Counted from the stretch's first letter, positions 46,329 to 56,514 are shown. The stretch is 64,000 nucleotides of DNA from an uncultured Thermoanaerobaculia bacterium (GCA_964471955.1 CAYYIK010000007.1:2729-66728); one strand, 5' to 3'. The notes: generated from the sequence alone by a model not told the origin. Translations and numbers: made by a program.

Positions 46329-47543
46329 TCAGGACTTGCTCTCGCGCGAGCGGGGGAAGAAGTCGCCGAGGGCACCGAAGCCGCCGGGAGCAGGGGTCGC
46401 GCCGGCGGACTCGCCGGCCGCCCCCTCCTCACCGCCGCGCGCCAGCGCCAGGGAGATGCGACGCGTCTCGGGCGAAATCGAGAGCACGGTCACCTCGACC
46501 TGCTGGCCGGCCTTCAGCACGTCGCGGGCGTGACGGATCTCCCGCTTGCCGAGCTCGGCGAGCTCGGAGACGTGCAGCAGGCCGTCGACCCCCGGCGCCA
46601 GCTCGACGAACGCGCCGAAGCTCTCGAGCCGCGCCACCCGCCCGCTGCGCCGCGCGCCCGGCTCCAGCTTCGCCGCCTCGCCGAGCCACGGATCGGGCGT
46701 CAGGGCGCGGCGCGACAGCGAGATCCGCTCCCGCCCCCGCGCGTCGGGCGGCGCGATGGCGAGGATCTGCACTTCGACCTCGTCGCCGATTCGCAGCACC
46801 TCCTGCGGATGCTCGATCCGCCCGTGGCCGAGCTCGGAGACGTGCAGCAGCCCCTCGAGGCCGCCGAGGTCGACGAAGGCGCCGTAGGAGGCGAGCGAGG
46901 TGACGGTGCCGCGCACCGTCTTGCCGACCTCGATGCGCGCCCGCGCCGCCTCGGCCTTCGCCTTCGCCTCCTCCTCGAGCAGCGCGCGGCGCGAGAGGAC
47001 GAGGTTCATGCCGCGGCCGCGCCCCTCTTCGAGACGGGTGATGCGGAAGTCGAGCCGCTGGCCGACCCAGGTCGACGGATCCTCGACGTAGCGGCTGTCG
47101 AGCTGCGAGATCGGACAGAAGGCGCGCTGTCCGGAGACCGAAACCTCGACGCCCCCCTTGACCACCGCCTGGACGACACCGGCCACCGGCAGGCCATGCT
47201 CGTACGCCTGCTGCAGCTCGGCGGGCGCCGCCGGGCCGCGTCCGGCGCGCACCCTCAGGACGGCCACGTCGTCCTCGATCGACGCCACCACCCCCTCGAC
47301 GACGTCACCCACCGCGACGGTGACGATGCCTTCGTCGTCGGTGAGCTGGGTGAGTGGAATCACCCCCTCGGCCTTGCCCCCCAGGTCGACGAAGACCGAC
47401 TCCTCCCCCACGCCGACGACGCGGGCGCTCACCCGCTCGCCCACCGCCGGCGGCGCCTTGCGGGTCTCGGCCTGCCGACTCTCGAACGCTGCGAGGATGG
47501 CGGCGAATTCGCCGTCTCCGGAATCTCCAACGCGACGCTTCAT
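46329..47543 (-). CDS. S1 RNA-binding domain protein (four S1 repeats, ribosomal protein S1-like)
   Basis: Start MKRRVGDSGDGEFAAILAAFE; four G-x-V-x-G-x-V S1 repeats each ending ...HVSEL/ISQL. Confidence 0.8.
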   Translation of the reverse strand: MKRRVGDSGDGEFAAILAAFESRQAETRKAPPAVGERVSARVVGVGEESVFVDLGGKAEGVIPLTQLTDDEGIVTVAVGDVVEGVVASIEDDVAVLRVRAGRGPAAPAELQQAYEHGLPVAGVVQAVVKGGVEVSVSGQRAFCPISQLDSRYVEDPSTWVGQRLDFRITRLEEGRGRGMNLVLSRRALLEEEAKAKAEAARARIEVGKTVRGTVTSLASYGAFVDLGGLEGLLHVSELGHGRIEHPQEVLRIGDEVEVQILAIAPPDARGRERISLSRRALTPDPWLGEAAKLEPGARRSGRVARLESFGAFVELAPGVDGLLHVSELAELGKREIRHARDVLKAGQQVEVTVLSISPETRRISLALARGGEEGAAGESAGATPAPGGFGALGDFFPRSRESKS

Positions 47544-47652
47544 GGGGAACTCCCGCCCGGCGGCCGCAGCACCGGACCGCGGTGCGCGATCGGGGGAGCC
47601 GCCGGTAGCGCCATTGTAGCGGCGGGCGCGTGTCGGCAAGTAGGATCGGCAG

Positions 47653-47961
47653 GTGGAAGCCGCCGACTTTCTCCCGCTGCTCGGTAGCCGGTTCCAGGTC
47701 GACCGCTCCGGCCCTACGATCCACCTCGAACTCGTCGAGGTACGACGCTCGCCGCCGGGCAGCGAGGCCGAGGCGCGGCACCGTGCCGCCGCCGGCATCC
47801 GGGAAGAACCGTTCACCCTGCTCTTTCGCGGCCCGCGCGACACTCCCCTCGACCAGCGGATCCATCGCCTCGAGCAGGACCGGCTGGGGACGCTCGAGAT
47901 CTTTCTGGTACCCGTGCGGCCCGACGACCGGGGGCCTCTTTACGAGGCGGTCTTCAACTGA
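47653..47961 (+). CDS. small hypothetical protein (102 aa)
   Basis: Protein-like composition (MEAADFLPLLGSRFQVDRSGPTIHLELVEV...); divergent from the S1-domain gene; no family assigned. Confidence 0.45.
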   Translation: MEAADFLPLLGSRFQVDRSGPTIHLELVEVRRSPPGSEAEARHRAAAGIREEPFTLLFRGPRDTPLDQRIHRLEQDRLGTLEIFLVPVRPDDRGPLYEAVFN

Positions 47962-48454
47962 CCGGACGCCATTCGAGGAGCCGGTAGACCTCGCCCGCCG
48001 CGCCGATCTCGCGGAAGCCGAGTCGGTCGTACAGGGCGCGCGCCGGATTGAAGCGCTCGACGTGGATGGTCAGAGGAACCCCGACGGCTCCGGCCTCGCG
48101 TTGAAGGTCTCCGATCAGGCGGGTTCCGGCGCCGAGCCGGCGGAACCCGGGGAGCAGCGCGATGTCGACCAGCCGGATCTCTGCCGGCCGTCGATCGACA
48201 TAGAGGCGCCCCGCGGCATGGCCGTCGATTTCGACGACCTGGAAGCTGCACCCGGGATACTGCAGCCGCCACCAGCGATCCTGCGCCTCGAACTGCTGGC
48301 GCAGAAACGCCTCTTTCTGCGCCGCCGTCCACGCGACCGGCGCGAGTTCCTCGGCTCGGGTAGAGGCGTAGACGCCGAAGAGGAACTCCCGATCCGCAGC
48401 CGTCACCGGCCGCAGCGCCAGCGACGCCTTCGGCTCAGGCCTCGTCGCCGACAC
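47954..48454 (-). CDS. GNAT family N-acetyltransferase
   Basis: 166 aa; acetyl-CoA binding motif A (VDIALLPGFRRLGAGTRLIGDL); C-terminal YDRLGF. Confidence 0.8.
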   Translation of the reverse strand: MSATRPEPKASLALRPVTAADREFLFGVYASTRAEELAPVAWTAAQKEAFLRQQFEAQDRWWRLQYPGCSFQVVEIDGHAAGRLYVDRRPAEIRLVDIALLPGFRRLGAGTRLIGDLQREAGAVGVPLTIHVERFNPARALYDRLGFREIGAAGEVYRLLEWRPVS

Positions 48455-49220
48455 TCTCGACAGTCATCACCAGCGAGGCGAGCGCCGCGGGAAATGGCTC
48501 CTCCTCCCCTGGCAGGTACCGCTCCAGGTCCCAGGCCCCCTCGGTGAGGCCGAGGAAGTAGACGCCGGCCTGGAGTCGTGGCACGCCACCTTCCTTGCCC
48601 AGAGTGAGCCTGGCCCGGCGCCGGACTCCCGAGTCCGGGATCGCCGTTCGATCGGTCGGCCGCCGGTCGCCGGCCGCCCCGTCAACGCGCACTTCGAGCA
48701 CCAGCGGGTCGTACTCGTCGAGCCAGCTGCGGAACCGGATCGGCGACGACGCACCAGAGGCTCTCCGGTAGCTCCAGGCGTGGAACGGGAGCTGTCGCCC
48801 CAGCTCGTCACGCACCAGGACGTCGAGATCGATCTCCCGCGGCGGTGTCACGCCGCGCTCCGGACCCGCGAGGAGGCCCTGGACGCGGATCCGGACGCTC
48901 CCTGCGGCGAGTCGCGGGTCGCCTGCCGGCAGCGAGAAGGCGGGCACGACGATCGACTCGGCCGCGAACGGCCGCTCCTCGTCCGCCTCGAGCGGCACCG
49001 ATACGGGCCACCGCGGTGTCGCGAGTGCGTCGCTGCCCAGCAGGTAGCCGACGGAGAGGGCCGCAGCGGCAGCCGTTTCTCTCTTCGTCGTGGCGGCCAG
49101 CGCCCAGCCGGGCGACAGCGCCAGTGCCCCTCCGGCGACCAGCAGCTCGCGCCGGCCGAACGGCGTCGAAACCCACGCCGGTTCGTGTGAAGACTTCGCC
49201 CTGCGTTCCTCGTGGCTCAA
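48435..49220 (-). CDS. hypothetical protein with probable Tat signal peptide
   Basis: TTG start overlapping the methyltransferase stop (TTGA); (M)SHEERRAKSSHEPAWVSTPFGRRELLVAGGALALSPGWALAA has twin-arginine plus hydrophobic core. Confidence 0.5.
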   Translation of the reverse strand: MSHEERRAKSSHEPAWVSTPFGRRELLVAGGALALSPGWALAATTKRETAAAAALSVGYLLGSDALATPRWPVSVPLEADEERPFAAESIVVPAFSLPAGDPRLAAGSVRIRVQGLLAGPERGVTPPREIDLDVLVRDELGRQLPFHAWSYRRASGASSPIRFRSWLDEYDPLVLEVRVDGAAGDRRPTDRTAIPDSGVRRRARLTLGKEGGVPRLQAGVYFLGLTEGAWDLERYLPGEEEPFPAALASLVMTVESVGDEA

Positions 49221-49786
49221 GATCCACTCCTCGGCGGCGAGGCCGCCTCCGGCTCCGGCGGCGCCCCGACCCGCCAGAGCCGGATCGTCCGCGGCGTCCC
49301 GTCGCCGTCGACGAAGCGCTCGGTGCGCGCCGGCTCCGGGGACTTCAGAGCGAAGCTGTGGGAGACGATGCGCGTCCCCGCCGGCAGCTCCGCGATCAAC
49401 CGATTGCCGATCCGTTCGGTCGACCACTCGACCAGGTAGAGAGTGATGACCGTCGCCTCGCGCGGAACCAGGTCGCTGGCGTCGCGGACCTCGAAACGGG
49501 TGCTCGCCGCGACGCCGGCCCGCTCGGCCTCCTCGCGGGCCCGCTCGACCCAGAACGGCTCGACGTCGTAGCCGATTCCGCGCGCGCCCCGGCGCGCCGC
49601 CGCGATCACGATCCGGCCGTCGCCGCAGCCGAGATCGCAGACGACGTCGTCCGCGCCGACCTCGGCCAGGTCGAGCATCCGTTCCACGACCTCGGGCGGC
49701 GTCGGCACGTACGGAGCCAGCACGTAGCGTGGAGCGACCGGTCCGTTGTCCGGTGTGATCGAGTCTGCGACGGCGGCGATCGTCAT
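49217..49786 (-). CDS. class I SAM-dependent methyltransferase (small, ~190 aa)
   Basis: Motif I VCDLGCGDGRIVIAAARRG; motif post-I/II (GYDVEPFWV...ATVITLYL). Confidence 0.75.
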   Translation of the reverse strand: MTIAAVADSITPDNGPVAPRYVLAPYVPTPPEVVERMLDLAEVGADDVVCDLGCGDGRIVIAAARRGARGIGYDVEPFWVERAREEAERAGVAASTRFEVRDASDLVPREATVITLYLVEWSTERIGNRLIAELPAGTRIVSHSFALKSPEPARTERFVDGDGTPRTIRLWRVGAPPEPEAASPPRSGS

Positions 49787-49787
49787 C

Positions 49788-50309
49788 TCAGGTCCGCGGC
49801 GGGAAGACGCCCTGCAAGGCGATCGCGAAGTAGCACGTCAGGTACGGCTGCATGTTGTTGTGCGGCTGGTCGCCGCCGCCAGGAGCCAGGGCCTGGTCCG
49901 ACGCGCTCGCGTTCGGAGACGCCTGATACAGAGCTCCTCCGCCGGAGAGTGCGAAGGACGCAGAGGCGCTCGCAACATTGGTGTCGGCCAGGTCGACGAC
50001 GTTGGCGCGCAGAGTGTGGGAATGCGCGGGAATCTCCGATTGAAGGAGCGAAACCGTCTCGCTGCCTCCCGTCTCCCCCAGGTCGTGCAGGGACAATCCC
50101 GGGCCTTGTCCCGGCTGCATCGGTGCGCGACCCTGAAGGTCCGGCAGTGCGAAGTTGCTCTTGCCGTTGCCTCCGTATGTCGTGCCGAGCAGCGAAAAGA
50201 GCGCCGTATTCTGCGACAGGGGAAGAAGCTGCCCGTCGCACCACGCCCAGCCCTTCGGGGCGAAGTTGAACGGGAAGATCCGGATCTCAGCGACGAAGGG
50301 ATCTGCCAT
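49788..50309 (-). CDS. phage tail collar domain protein (MdpB-like), paralog 1
   Basis: MADPFVAEIRIFPFNFAPKGWAWCDGQLLPLSQNTALFSLLGTTYGGNGKSNFALPDLQGRAP matches the tail-collar family signature. Confidence 0.85.
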   Translation of the reverse strand: MADPFVAEIRIFPFNFAPKGWAWCDGQLLPLSQNTALFSLLGTTYGGNGKSNFALPDLQGRAPMQPGQGPGLSLHDLGETGGSETVSLLQSEIPAHSHTLRANVVDLADTNVASASASFALSGGGALYQASPNASASDQALAPGGGDQPHNNMQPYLTCYFAIALQGVFPPRT

Positions 50310-50321
50310 GACGTCTCACTC

Positions 50322-50825
50322 TCAGGCCGGGCTCGGGAAGATTCCGAACAACGAAATGATGAAATTGACGCAGAGATAGGGCTGGAAGTTCGTGTGCGGC
50401 TGGCTGCCGCCCGTCGACCCGATCGCCGCAGCATTCATGTTTCCGCTCGGAGCGTCGTTGATGTACGGGGTGACGTTGAAGGAGTTCGCCGGGAGATTGC
50501 CCGAAGCGTTGATCTGGTCCCCGGTAACTCCGGCGGCGAGCAGCGGATGGCCGTGCGCCGGAATCTGCTGAATCGTGAGCGTGATCTCCTCCGCGCCTCC
50601 GGTCTCCGCGAGGATGAATCCGCTCCCCTGATGAATCGGAATCCGCCCGCGCAGGTCGGGCAGCGCGAAGGTGGACTGCCCGTCGCCTCCGTAGGTGGTG
50701 CCGATCAACTGGAACAACGTCTCGTTCTCCGAGATCGGCAGCAGCTGACCCTCGCACAGCATCCAGCCTGCCGGCGCGAAGTTTCCGCCGAACATCCGGA
50801 TCTCTCCAACGTAAGGTTGCGCCAC
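50322..50825 (-). CDS. phage tail collar domain protein, paralog 2
   Basis: MAQPYVGEIRMFGGNFAPAGWMLCEGQLLPISENETLFQLIGTTYGGDGQSTFALPDLRGRIP. Confidence 0.85.
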   Translation of the reverse strand: MAQPYVGEIRMFGGNFAPAGWMLCEGQLLPISENETLFQLIGTTYGGDGQSTFALPDLRGRIPIHQGSGFILAETGGAEEITLTIQQIPAHGHPLLAAGVTGDQINASGNLPANSFNVTPYINDAPSGNMNAAAIGSTGGSQPHTNFQPYLCVNFIISLFGIFPSPA

Positions 50826-50835
50826 GACGGCCTCC

Positions 50836-51336
50836 TCAGTTCGGGCTCGGGAAAATGCCCTGGAGGGCGATACAGAAGCTGATCGTGAGGAACGGCTGCA
50901 TGTTCAGATGCGCCTGGCTTCCTCCGACGGCGGTCACGGTGGCGGAGCTCATGGCGACCAGGGATGCCGGCGCGTGGTAAGCGTTGTTGGCCCCTCCGAG
51001 GACCCTTCCCGCCGGATTCACGTTGCCGCCGGTCGAGGCCGAGGAGACCGCCAGCACATGCACGTGTTGCGGCATCTCCGCGATCGACAAGGTGTGGGCC
51101 TGCTCTCCCCCGCGCTCACCGAGCGTGTGCGCCGATCCGACGTGAATCGGGGCGCGCCCGCGCAGGTCGGGCAGCGCGAAATTGACGCGGCCGTCGCCGC
51201 CGAAGGTCGTTCCCAGGAGAGAAAACAGGGCCTGGTTCTGATTGATCGGCAACAGCTGGCCGTTGCAGAGGGCCCAACCCTTGGGAGCGAACTGGAAGCT
51301 GAACAGTCGAACTTCGCTCAGGAACGGTTCGGCCAT
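50836..51336 (-). CDS. phage tail collar domain protein, paralog 3
   Basis: MAEPFLSEVRLFSFQFAPKGWALCNGQLLPINQNQALFSLLGTTFGGDGRVNFALPDLRGRAP; RBS GAGAGGAAG upstream. Confidence 0.85.
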   Translation of the reverse strand: MAEPFLSEVRLFSFQFAPKGWALCNGQLLPINQNQALFSLLGTTFGGDGRVNFALPDLRGRAPIHVGSAHTLGERGGEQAHTLSIAEMPQHVHVLAVSSASTGGNVNPAGRVLGGANNAYHAPASLVAMSSATVTAVGGSQAHLNMQPFLTISFCIALQGIFPSPN

Positions 51337-51372
51337 GGTCTTCCTCTCATCCGCGACTCGTGCACCAGCGCG

Positions 51373-54300
51373 TCACGGCAGCGGGCAGGCAGCGCCGCCC
51401 GGGGTATTGACGAAACCGCCGCCCGTAGGCACGGTATTCGACGCGATCGCCGAGGGCACTCCGTCTCCCGAGTTCCGCGCGATCAGGTAGTTCTGGACCG
51501 CGGTGTTGTCGTTGTTGGCGCCCGCGTATCCGCGCAGCGCAACGGTCGTCGCCTGCCGCTGGCGGAGTCGGATGTCTTCGCCTCCCGCCGGAATGTCGCT
51601 GGGCGCGCCCGCGGTCGAAACCGAGTTCTGGAGAGCCCCGGCTCCGCCCGCGTCGAGGCAGATCTGGTAGGTGTCTCCGGGCACTGTGCCGGCGTTCAGG
51701 TGAATCCCGTTCTTCGGGATCGAAGCGGTGGCCGGATTGGTACCCGGAAGCGTGATCAGATTGCCCGTGATCGTGGCGTTCAGGGCGCCGGGCTGCGCCG
51801 TCGCCCCGCCGCCAGTCAGCAGCTCGATGCCGAAGTTGTTGTACCAGCGGATCGTGTTGCCGCTGATCAGCGCGTCGATCGCCCCCTGGCCGACGCTCTG
51901 GATTTTGAGCGCCGATCCCTCCAGCGATCCGGAGTTGGGCGTCGCGGCCGCGCCGATCGTATTTCCCTGGAACGTCAGATCGAGGCTGCCCACGCCGGTC
52001 GGCTTGACGATCAACACCGCCGGCCCGACCGCGTCGCGGAAGCTGTTGTTCTGAACGACGAACGTGTCCGAGCTCGTGGCGCCGGCGAAGAAGGAAACTC
52101 CACCGCCGCCCGTCGCGATTCCGCCGTGGTTGTTGCTCAGCGTATTGCCCGTGAAGGCGAAGGTGAAGGCGCCGTTCGAGTTGTTGTTGACCTGGATCAG
52201 GTCGCCACGGGCGGACGTGAAGGCTCCATTCTGGACGGTGACGTTCATCGTCGCGCCAGCCGAACCGAGAGTCTCGAAGTAGGCCCCGTCGTTGCCGTCG
52301 GACAGGCTGTTGGCGCCGATCGTGACCCCGGAGAGAGTCACCGTGAGCGCTCCAGCGGTGTTGACGATCCTGAGATTGTCTTCGAAACCGCCGCTCACGT
52401 TGCAGTTCGTGAAGGTCGCCGTACCGGTCAGCTCGCTGAACCGGATACTCCCCTCGTCCGCCGCGGCGCTGTTGCCGTTGACGCCGTTGACGACGCTGTT
52501 GTCGAGGTTGAAACCCGTGACGGAAGCGCCGCGAATCGCGAAGTCGCCGAAGTCGTCGAGCTGCATCCAGGAGAACGACGGGTTCAGCGTGCTGGTGAGC
52601 GAGATACCGGTGCTCGTCGCGTTCCGAATCGTGCCGCCGGTCGCGGCCGAGCCCGTTCCGGAGACGATGAGCCTGCCTGCACCTCCCGTCGCATTGAGGA
52701 TCAGGCCGTTGGCCGGATCAGCAGCGGCCGTCGCATTTCCCGAGCTGATCGACCGGAAGCTCAGGTTCGAGGTCCCGATCGGCGTGCTGGTCACCCGCAA
52801 TGCGGTCGCGCTGACCGAGTCGATGGTGTTGATTCCGGTGATGTTCAAACCGAGCGCGTTGGTGTTGCTGGTCGCCGCGAAGCCCTCGCCGGTGGTGGTG
52901 TCGATGTCGAGTCCGCCGCTGAAGGTGATCGCCCGGCTGCCGGCGTTGCCGTTGAGCAGGATGCCGGCGCCGTTCTCGTCGACGGCGCCCGAGAGCAGCA
53001 AGTCGTCGCTCGCGTCGTCTCCGGCCCAGGTCGTGATCGAGACGGCTCGCGCCGTCGCCGAGTTGTTGGTGATCGTCCCGGCGTAGTTGATGCGGCCGTT
53101 GCCACCGCTGACGTTGAAAGCGGGTCCGGCCGCTCCCGCCGCGGTCGTGATCGTGCTGCCGGCGCCGGCGGTGAACTGGGCGTCGAAAGCCGGATTGATC
53201 GCGTCGAGCACCGTCGCCAGCGAGACGCCCGTCGTCGTCGTGTTCGTGCTCCGAATCGTGGTCAGCGGCAGCGAGGCGGTCAGGTTGGAAAGGTCGACCG
53301 CCGGACCGCCCGTCGCTTCCGCCATCCCCACGCCCGCGCCCACCGACACGCGCGTACCCGTTCCCGCACCGACGTTCACGGCGCCGGTGCCGCTGACGCG
53401 GATCGCGGCGCCGTTGTCGGCGAAGACGTCGAGGTCGGTGAAGGCGAGGTCGCCCGAGACGTTGGTCAGAACCAGACCGCTCGCGCCGACGCCGTTGCCC
53501 GGCGCGCCGACCACCGTGGCGCCGCCCGCGACCTGCTGATAGGCGCCTCCCGGCGTGGCGTCGAGCGTCAACGGACCCGTGAGCACCAGGCCCGAGCCGC
53601 CGGTGTTGCCGGAGACCACGTTGTCGTCGAAGGCCGTGACCTGAACGGTGCCGTTGGTCCTCGCCACGTCGAGGCCGGTGCCGCCGGCGGTGATGCTGTT
53701 GTCGTGGATCGAGAGCGTCAGCGTCCCGGTGCCGCCGGCGTTGACGTCGATCCCCTCGGCACCGGAGGCACGCACGGTGTTGTTCGCGATCGTCAAAGCG
53801 CCCGACCCGCCGAAGGCGCCGGTGAGCGTGACGTCGACGGCGTTCGCGTTGCCGGCCAGATTCAGGCCGACGATCTCGGTCGGGATCAGATCGGTGGCCA
53901 TCACCGCGCTGCCGCCGACCGTGGTGTTGTCGAGCATCGGCCGGGTACCCGGTGCGATCAGCACGACGGGCGAGGCACCGCCGTTCAGCACGACCGGGAT
54001 CGAGAGCCCCGCCCCTTCGCCCACCAGATGCTGACCCGCCTTGAGCGTGATGCCGGCGTTCTGCCCGGTGGTGGCGCCGTCGCCGTTGTAGACGAAGATC
54101 CAGTCGTTGGCACCCGAGGCGGTCTGCGCTTCGACCAGGGTGTCGAATGGATCGATCGAACGTCCGAGACCGCCGGCGGTCGCGTCGTTGCGGACGTACC
54201 AGACCCGCTGGAGGAACGAAATCGTCACCGTGCCCTGGACGCTCACGTCGCCGTCGGAGACGTTGTACGTGAAGCTGTCGTCGACCGTTCGCCCGGCCGG

Positions 54301-56514
54301 CGACGTGTAGCTGAACGTGCCGTCCGAGGCGACCGCGACCACCGCGCCGGCGGTCGCCGTACCGAGCGACGTGGTCAACGCCGCCGGGCCGTCCGGATCG
54401 CTGTCGTTGGCGAGCAGGTTCCCCGCCGCGAAGACGTAGGGACCGTTCGCGTCCGGCCCGGGATCGATTGCCGCGACCCGCAGCCGGGTGTTCGAAATCG
54501 TCTGGAACGACTCGCCGGTGATCACCGGAGGATCGTTGACCGGCGTAACGGTGACGCTCTTCGACGCCGTGTTGCTCGGATCGGCGCCGTCGTTCGCGAC
54601 GAAGGTGACGAGGCGGTCCGGCAGGGCCGTCGGGCTCTGGGAAGCGTTGGCGTAGAGGACCGAGCGCAGGCAGCCCTGGTAGACCGCGACCGTCGCCGTT
54701 CCCGAGATCGCCAGCGCGTGGCCCGGCGCGGAGACGACGAGGCCCGGGCAGGTTGTGCCCGGCGCAGCGACCGAGAGCGCCTCCTGGCCGCCGTTCTGCG
54801 GATTCGTCAGCGACACGATCGCCGAGACGAGATCCGCGTCGTCGGCGTCGGTGACGTTCAGCGCACCGTCGACCACCACCGCGCCGGCGTCTTCGACGAA
54901 CGAGGTCGCGCCGCCGCTGGTTGTGACCACCGGTACATCGTTGACCGCGGTGATCTCGACCGTCGACGTCGCGGCGGCGCTCGACTCGACGCCGTCGCTC
55001 GCGCTCCAGGTTACCGTGCGGTCGGACGGGTCGGGATCCTCCGAGCTGTTCTCGTAGGCGACCGAGCGCAGCGCCGCCTGCCAGGCAGCGACGGTATCGA
55101 GTCCGTTCAGGGCGAGGGTGCCGGTCGCCGGCGCGAAGACGCCGGTGATGCTGGGCGTGTTCGTGAACGACAGGACGTCTTCCCCGCTCTGGAAGTTGCC
55201 GGTGATCTGCACCGTCGCCGAGACCAGATTGGCGCTGTCGACGTCGCTGACCGTGAGCGCGGCGTCGACCGCGGTCGGCGGATCGTTCTCGGTGTAGGCG
55301 AGCGTGCCGCCGGCGACGACGACCGGCGGCGCGCGGTCGATCACGATCCGGGCGCGGGCCGTGGCCGGGCCGATCGGCGCGCCCGAGGCGTCCACCGTCG
55401 GGTCTCCCGCCGCCGCGGCGATCGTGTAGGCGAAGTCGTCGACGCCGTTGAAGCCGGCCGGCGGCGTGTAGACGAAGTGCCCGTCGGCGGCGACGTCGAC
55501 GCTGCCCCCCTGGCTGGTTGCCTGCCCCGCCGCCGGCACCGCGGCGAGCGAGTCGCCGTCCGGATCGGTGTCGTTGCCGAGCAGCGCGGGCAGCGCCGCC
55601 GTCGAGCTGTCGATCGGCTGGTCGGTGACCGTCCGGTAGACGTCGGGTCGTGCCAGCGGCGTCGTGCGCACCGAACCGGCGACCAGCGCCAGATTGGAGT
55701 CGAGGATGTCCGCGAGCTCGACGCCCGTGGCGCCGCCACCGGCGTTCGAGATCGTGATCCGGTAGCGAATGGTGTCTCCCGGCACGACCGCGCCGGGAAT
55801 CGGATCCCCGGCCGGCGTGCGGTCGACCTTGAGCGCCGCGAGTTCGGGAGCCGCCGTGCGCAGCTCCGAGAGCATCAGCGCCGGCGTCGCTTCCCCCGAC
55901 TCGACGCGAAGGACGATCGCGCCCACCGCGGAGAGATCCGCCGGCGTCGCCGCGCCGGGCGCCTGCGCCAGGCTCGAGAAGTCGACGAAGATGTCGACGG
56001 GAGCCGCGATCGCCGGCAGGACCAGGGCGCCGCGCGACACCGAATCGGCGTCCTCGTAGATCTCGAGCACCAGGGAGGTGCCCGCCGCCGCCGCGTCGAT
56101 GGTGAAACGGAAGGCGCCCGCGCCGCCGGCGGTCAGGTCGACGCCGCCCAGCCCGGCCGGGTCGATCGCGTCGGGGTCGCTGTCGCCGTCCCAGATCACG
56201 AAGACCGCACCGCGCGAGTCGGGCGTGGTCGCGGTGACGCCGACGTCCAGCGCGCCGCCCGCCACGCCGGCGGTGACCGGCCCCGCTCCGGCGAAGCGTT
56301 GCACCCGCAGTCCGCGGTTCTGACCGAGGATGTCGGCGCCGCCGGTGACCGCGTTGCTGGCGCCGCCGGGCGGATCCGAGATCACGGTCTGGTTGGTCGT
56401 GAACTGATCGACGACGACCTGGCCGGCGACCGGTGCGGCGGCCAGGACCAGTCCGGCGACGAGTGCGGCGAGCGCGGCGGGCCGTCGCGGCGAGGGTCTC
56501 ATGGCGCCTCTCAT
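51373..56514 (-). CDS. giant (1713 aa) secreted protein: N-terminal DUF11-like and cadherin-like/VCBS-type domains followed by extensive right-handed parallel beta-helix repeats
   Basis: ATG overlapping the upstream DUF11 gene stop (ATGA); signal peptide MRGAMRPSPRRPAALAALVAGLVLAAAPVAG; repeated ...VNDVPVV/VNDPPVI... cadherin-like boundaries; long G/T/N/A-rich beta-helix region. Confidence 0.8.
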   Translation of the reverse strand: MRGAMRPSPRRPAALAALVAGLVLAAAPVAGQVVVDQFTTNQTVISDPPGGASNAVTGGADILGQNRGLRVQRFAGAGPVTAGVAGGALDVGVTATTPDSRGAVFVIWDGDSDPDAIDPAGLGGVDLTAGGAGAFRFTIDAAAAGTSLVLEIYEDADSVSRGALVLPAIAAPVDIFVDFSSLAQAPGAATPADLSAVGAIVLRVESGEATPALMLSELRTAAPELAALKVDRTPAGDPIPGAVVPGDTIRYRITISNAGGGATGVELADILDSNLALVAGSVRTTPLARPDVYRTVTDQPIDSSTAALPALLGNDTDPDGDSLAAVPAAGQATSQGGSVDVAADGHFVYTPPAGFNGVDDFAYTIAAAAGDPTVDASGAPIGPATARARIVIDRAPPVVVAGGTLAYTENDPPTAVDAALTVSDVDSANLVSATVQITGNFQSGEDVLSFTNTPSITGVFAPATGTLALNGLDTVAAWQAALRSVAYENSSEDPDPSDRTVTWSASDGVESSAAATSTVEITAVNDVPVVTTSGGATSFVEDAGAVVVDGALNVTDADDADLVSAIVSLTNPQNGGQEALSVAAPGTTCPGLVVSAPGHALAISGTATVAVYQGCLRSVLYANASQSPTALPDRLVTFVANDGADPSNTASKSVTVTPVNDPPVITGESFQTISNTRLRVAAIDPGPDANGPYVFAAGNLLANDSDPDGPAALTTSLGTATAGAVVAVASDGTFSYTSPAGRTVDDSFTYNVSDGDVSVQGTVTISFLQRVWYVRNDATAGGLGRSIDPFDTLVEAQTASGANDWIFVYNGDGATTGQNAGITLKAGQHLVGEGAGLSIPVVLNGGASPVVLIAPGTRPMLDNTTVGGSAVMATDLIPTEIVGLNLAGNANAVDVTLTGAFGGSGALTIANNTVRASGAEGIDVNAGGTGTLTLSIHDNSITAGGTGLDVARTNGTVQVTAFDDNVVSGNTGGSGLVLTGPLTLDATPGGAYQQVAGGATVVGAPGNGVGASGLVLTNVSGDLAFTDLDVFADNGAAIRVSGTGAVNVGAGTGTRVSVGAGVGMAEATGGPAVDLSNLTASLPLTTIRSTNTTTTGVSLATVLDAINPAFDAQFTAGAGSTITTAAGAAGPAFNVSGGNGRINYAGTITNNSATARAVSITTWAGDDASDDLLLSGAVDENGAGILLNGNAGSRAITFSGGLDIDTTTGEGFAATSNTNALGLNITGINTIDSVSATALRVTSTPIGTSNLSFRSISSGNATAAADPANGLILNATGGAGRLIVSGTGSAATGGTIRNATSTGISLTSTLNPSFSWMQLDDFGDFAIRGASVTGFNLDNSVVNGVNGNSAAADEGSIRFSELTGTATFTNCNVSGGFEDNLRIVNTAGALTVTLSGVTIGANSLSDGNDGAYFETLGSAGATMNVTVQNGAFTSARGDLIQVNNNSNGAFTFAFTGNTLSNNHGGIATGGGGVSFFAGATSSDTFVVQNNSFRDAVGPAVLIVKPTGVGSLDLTFQGNTIGAAATPNSGSLEGSALKIQSVGQGAIDALISGNTIRWYNNFGIELLTGGGATAQPGALNATITGNLITLPGTNPATASIPKNGIHLNAGTVPGDTYQICLDAGGAGALQNSVSTAGAPSDIPAGGEDIRLRQRQATTVALRGYAGANNDNTAVQNYLIARNSGDGVPSAIASNTVPTGGGFVNTPGGAACPLP

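Noticed and set aside
49788-51336. Prophage interpretation of the tail collar genes.
   Set aside because: There is no integrase, terminase, capsid, portal, sheath, baseplate or lysis gene anywhere in 64 kb. There is no att-like direct repeat or tRNA. The flanks are a methyltransferase and a giant beta-helix protein in the same operon.
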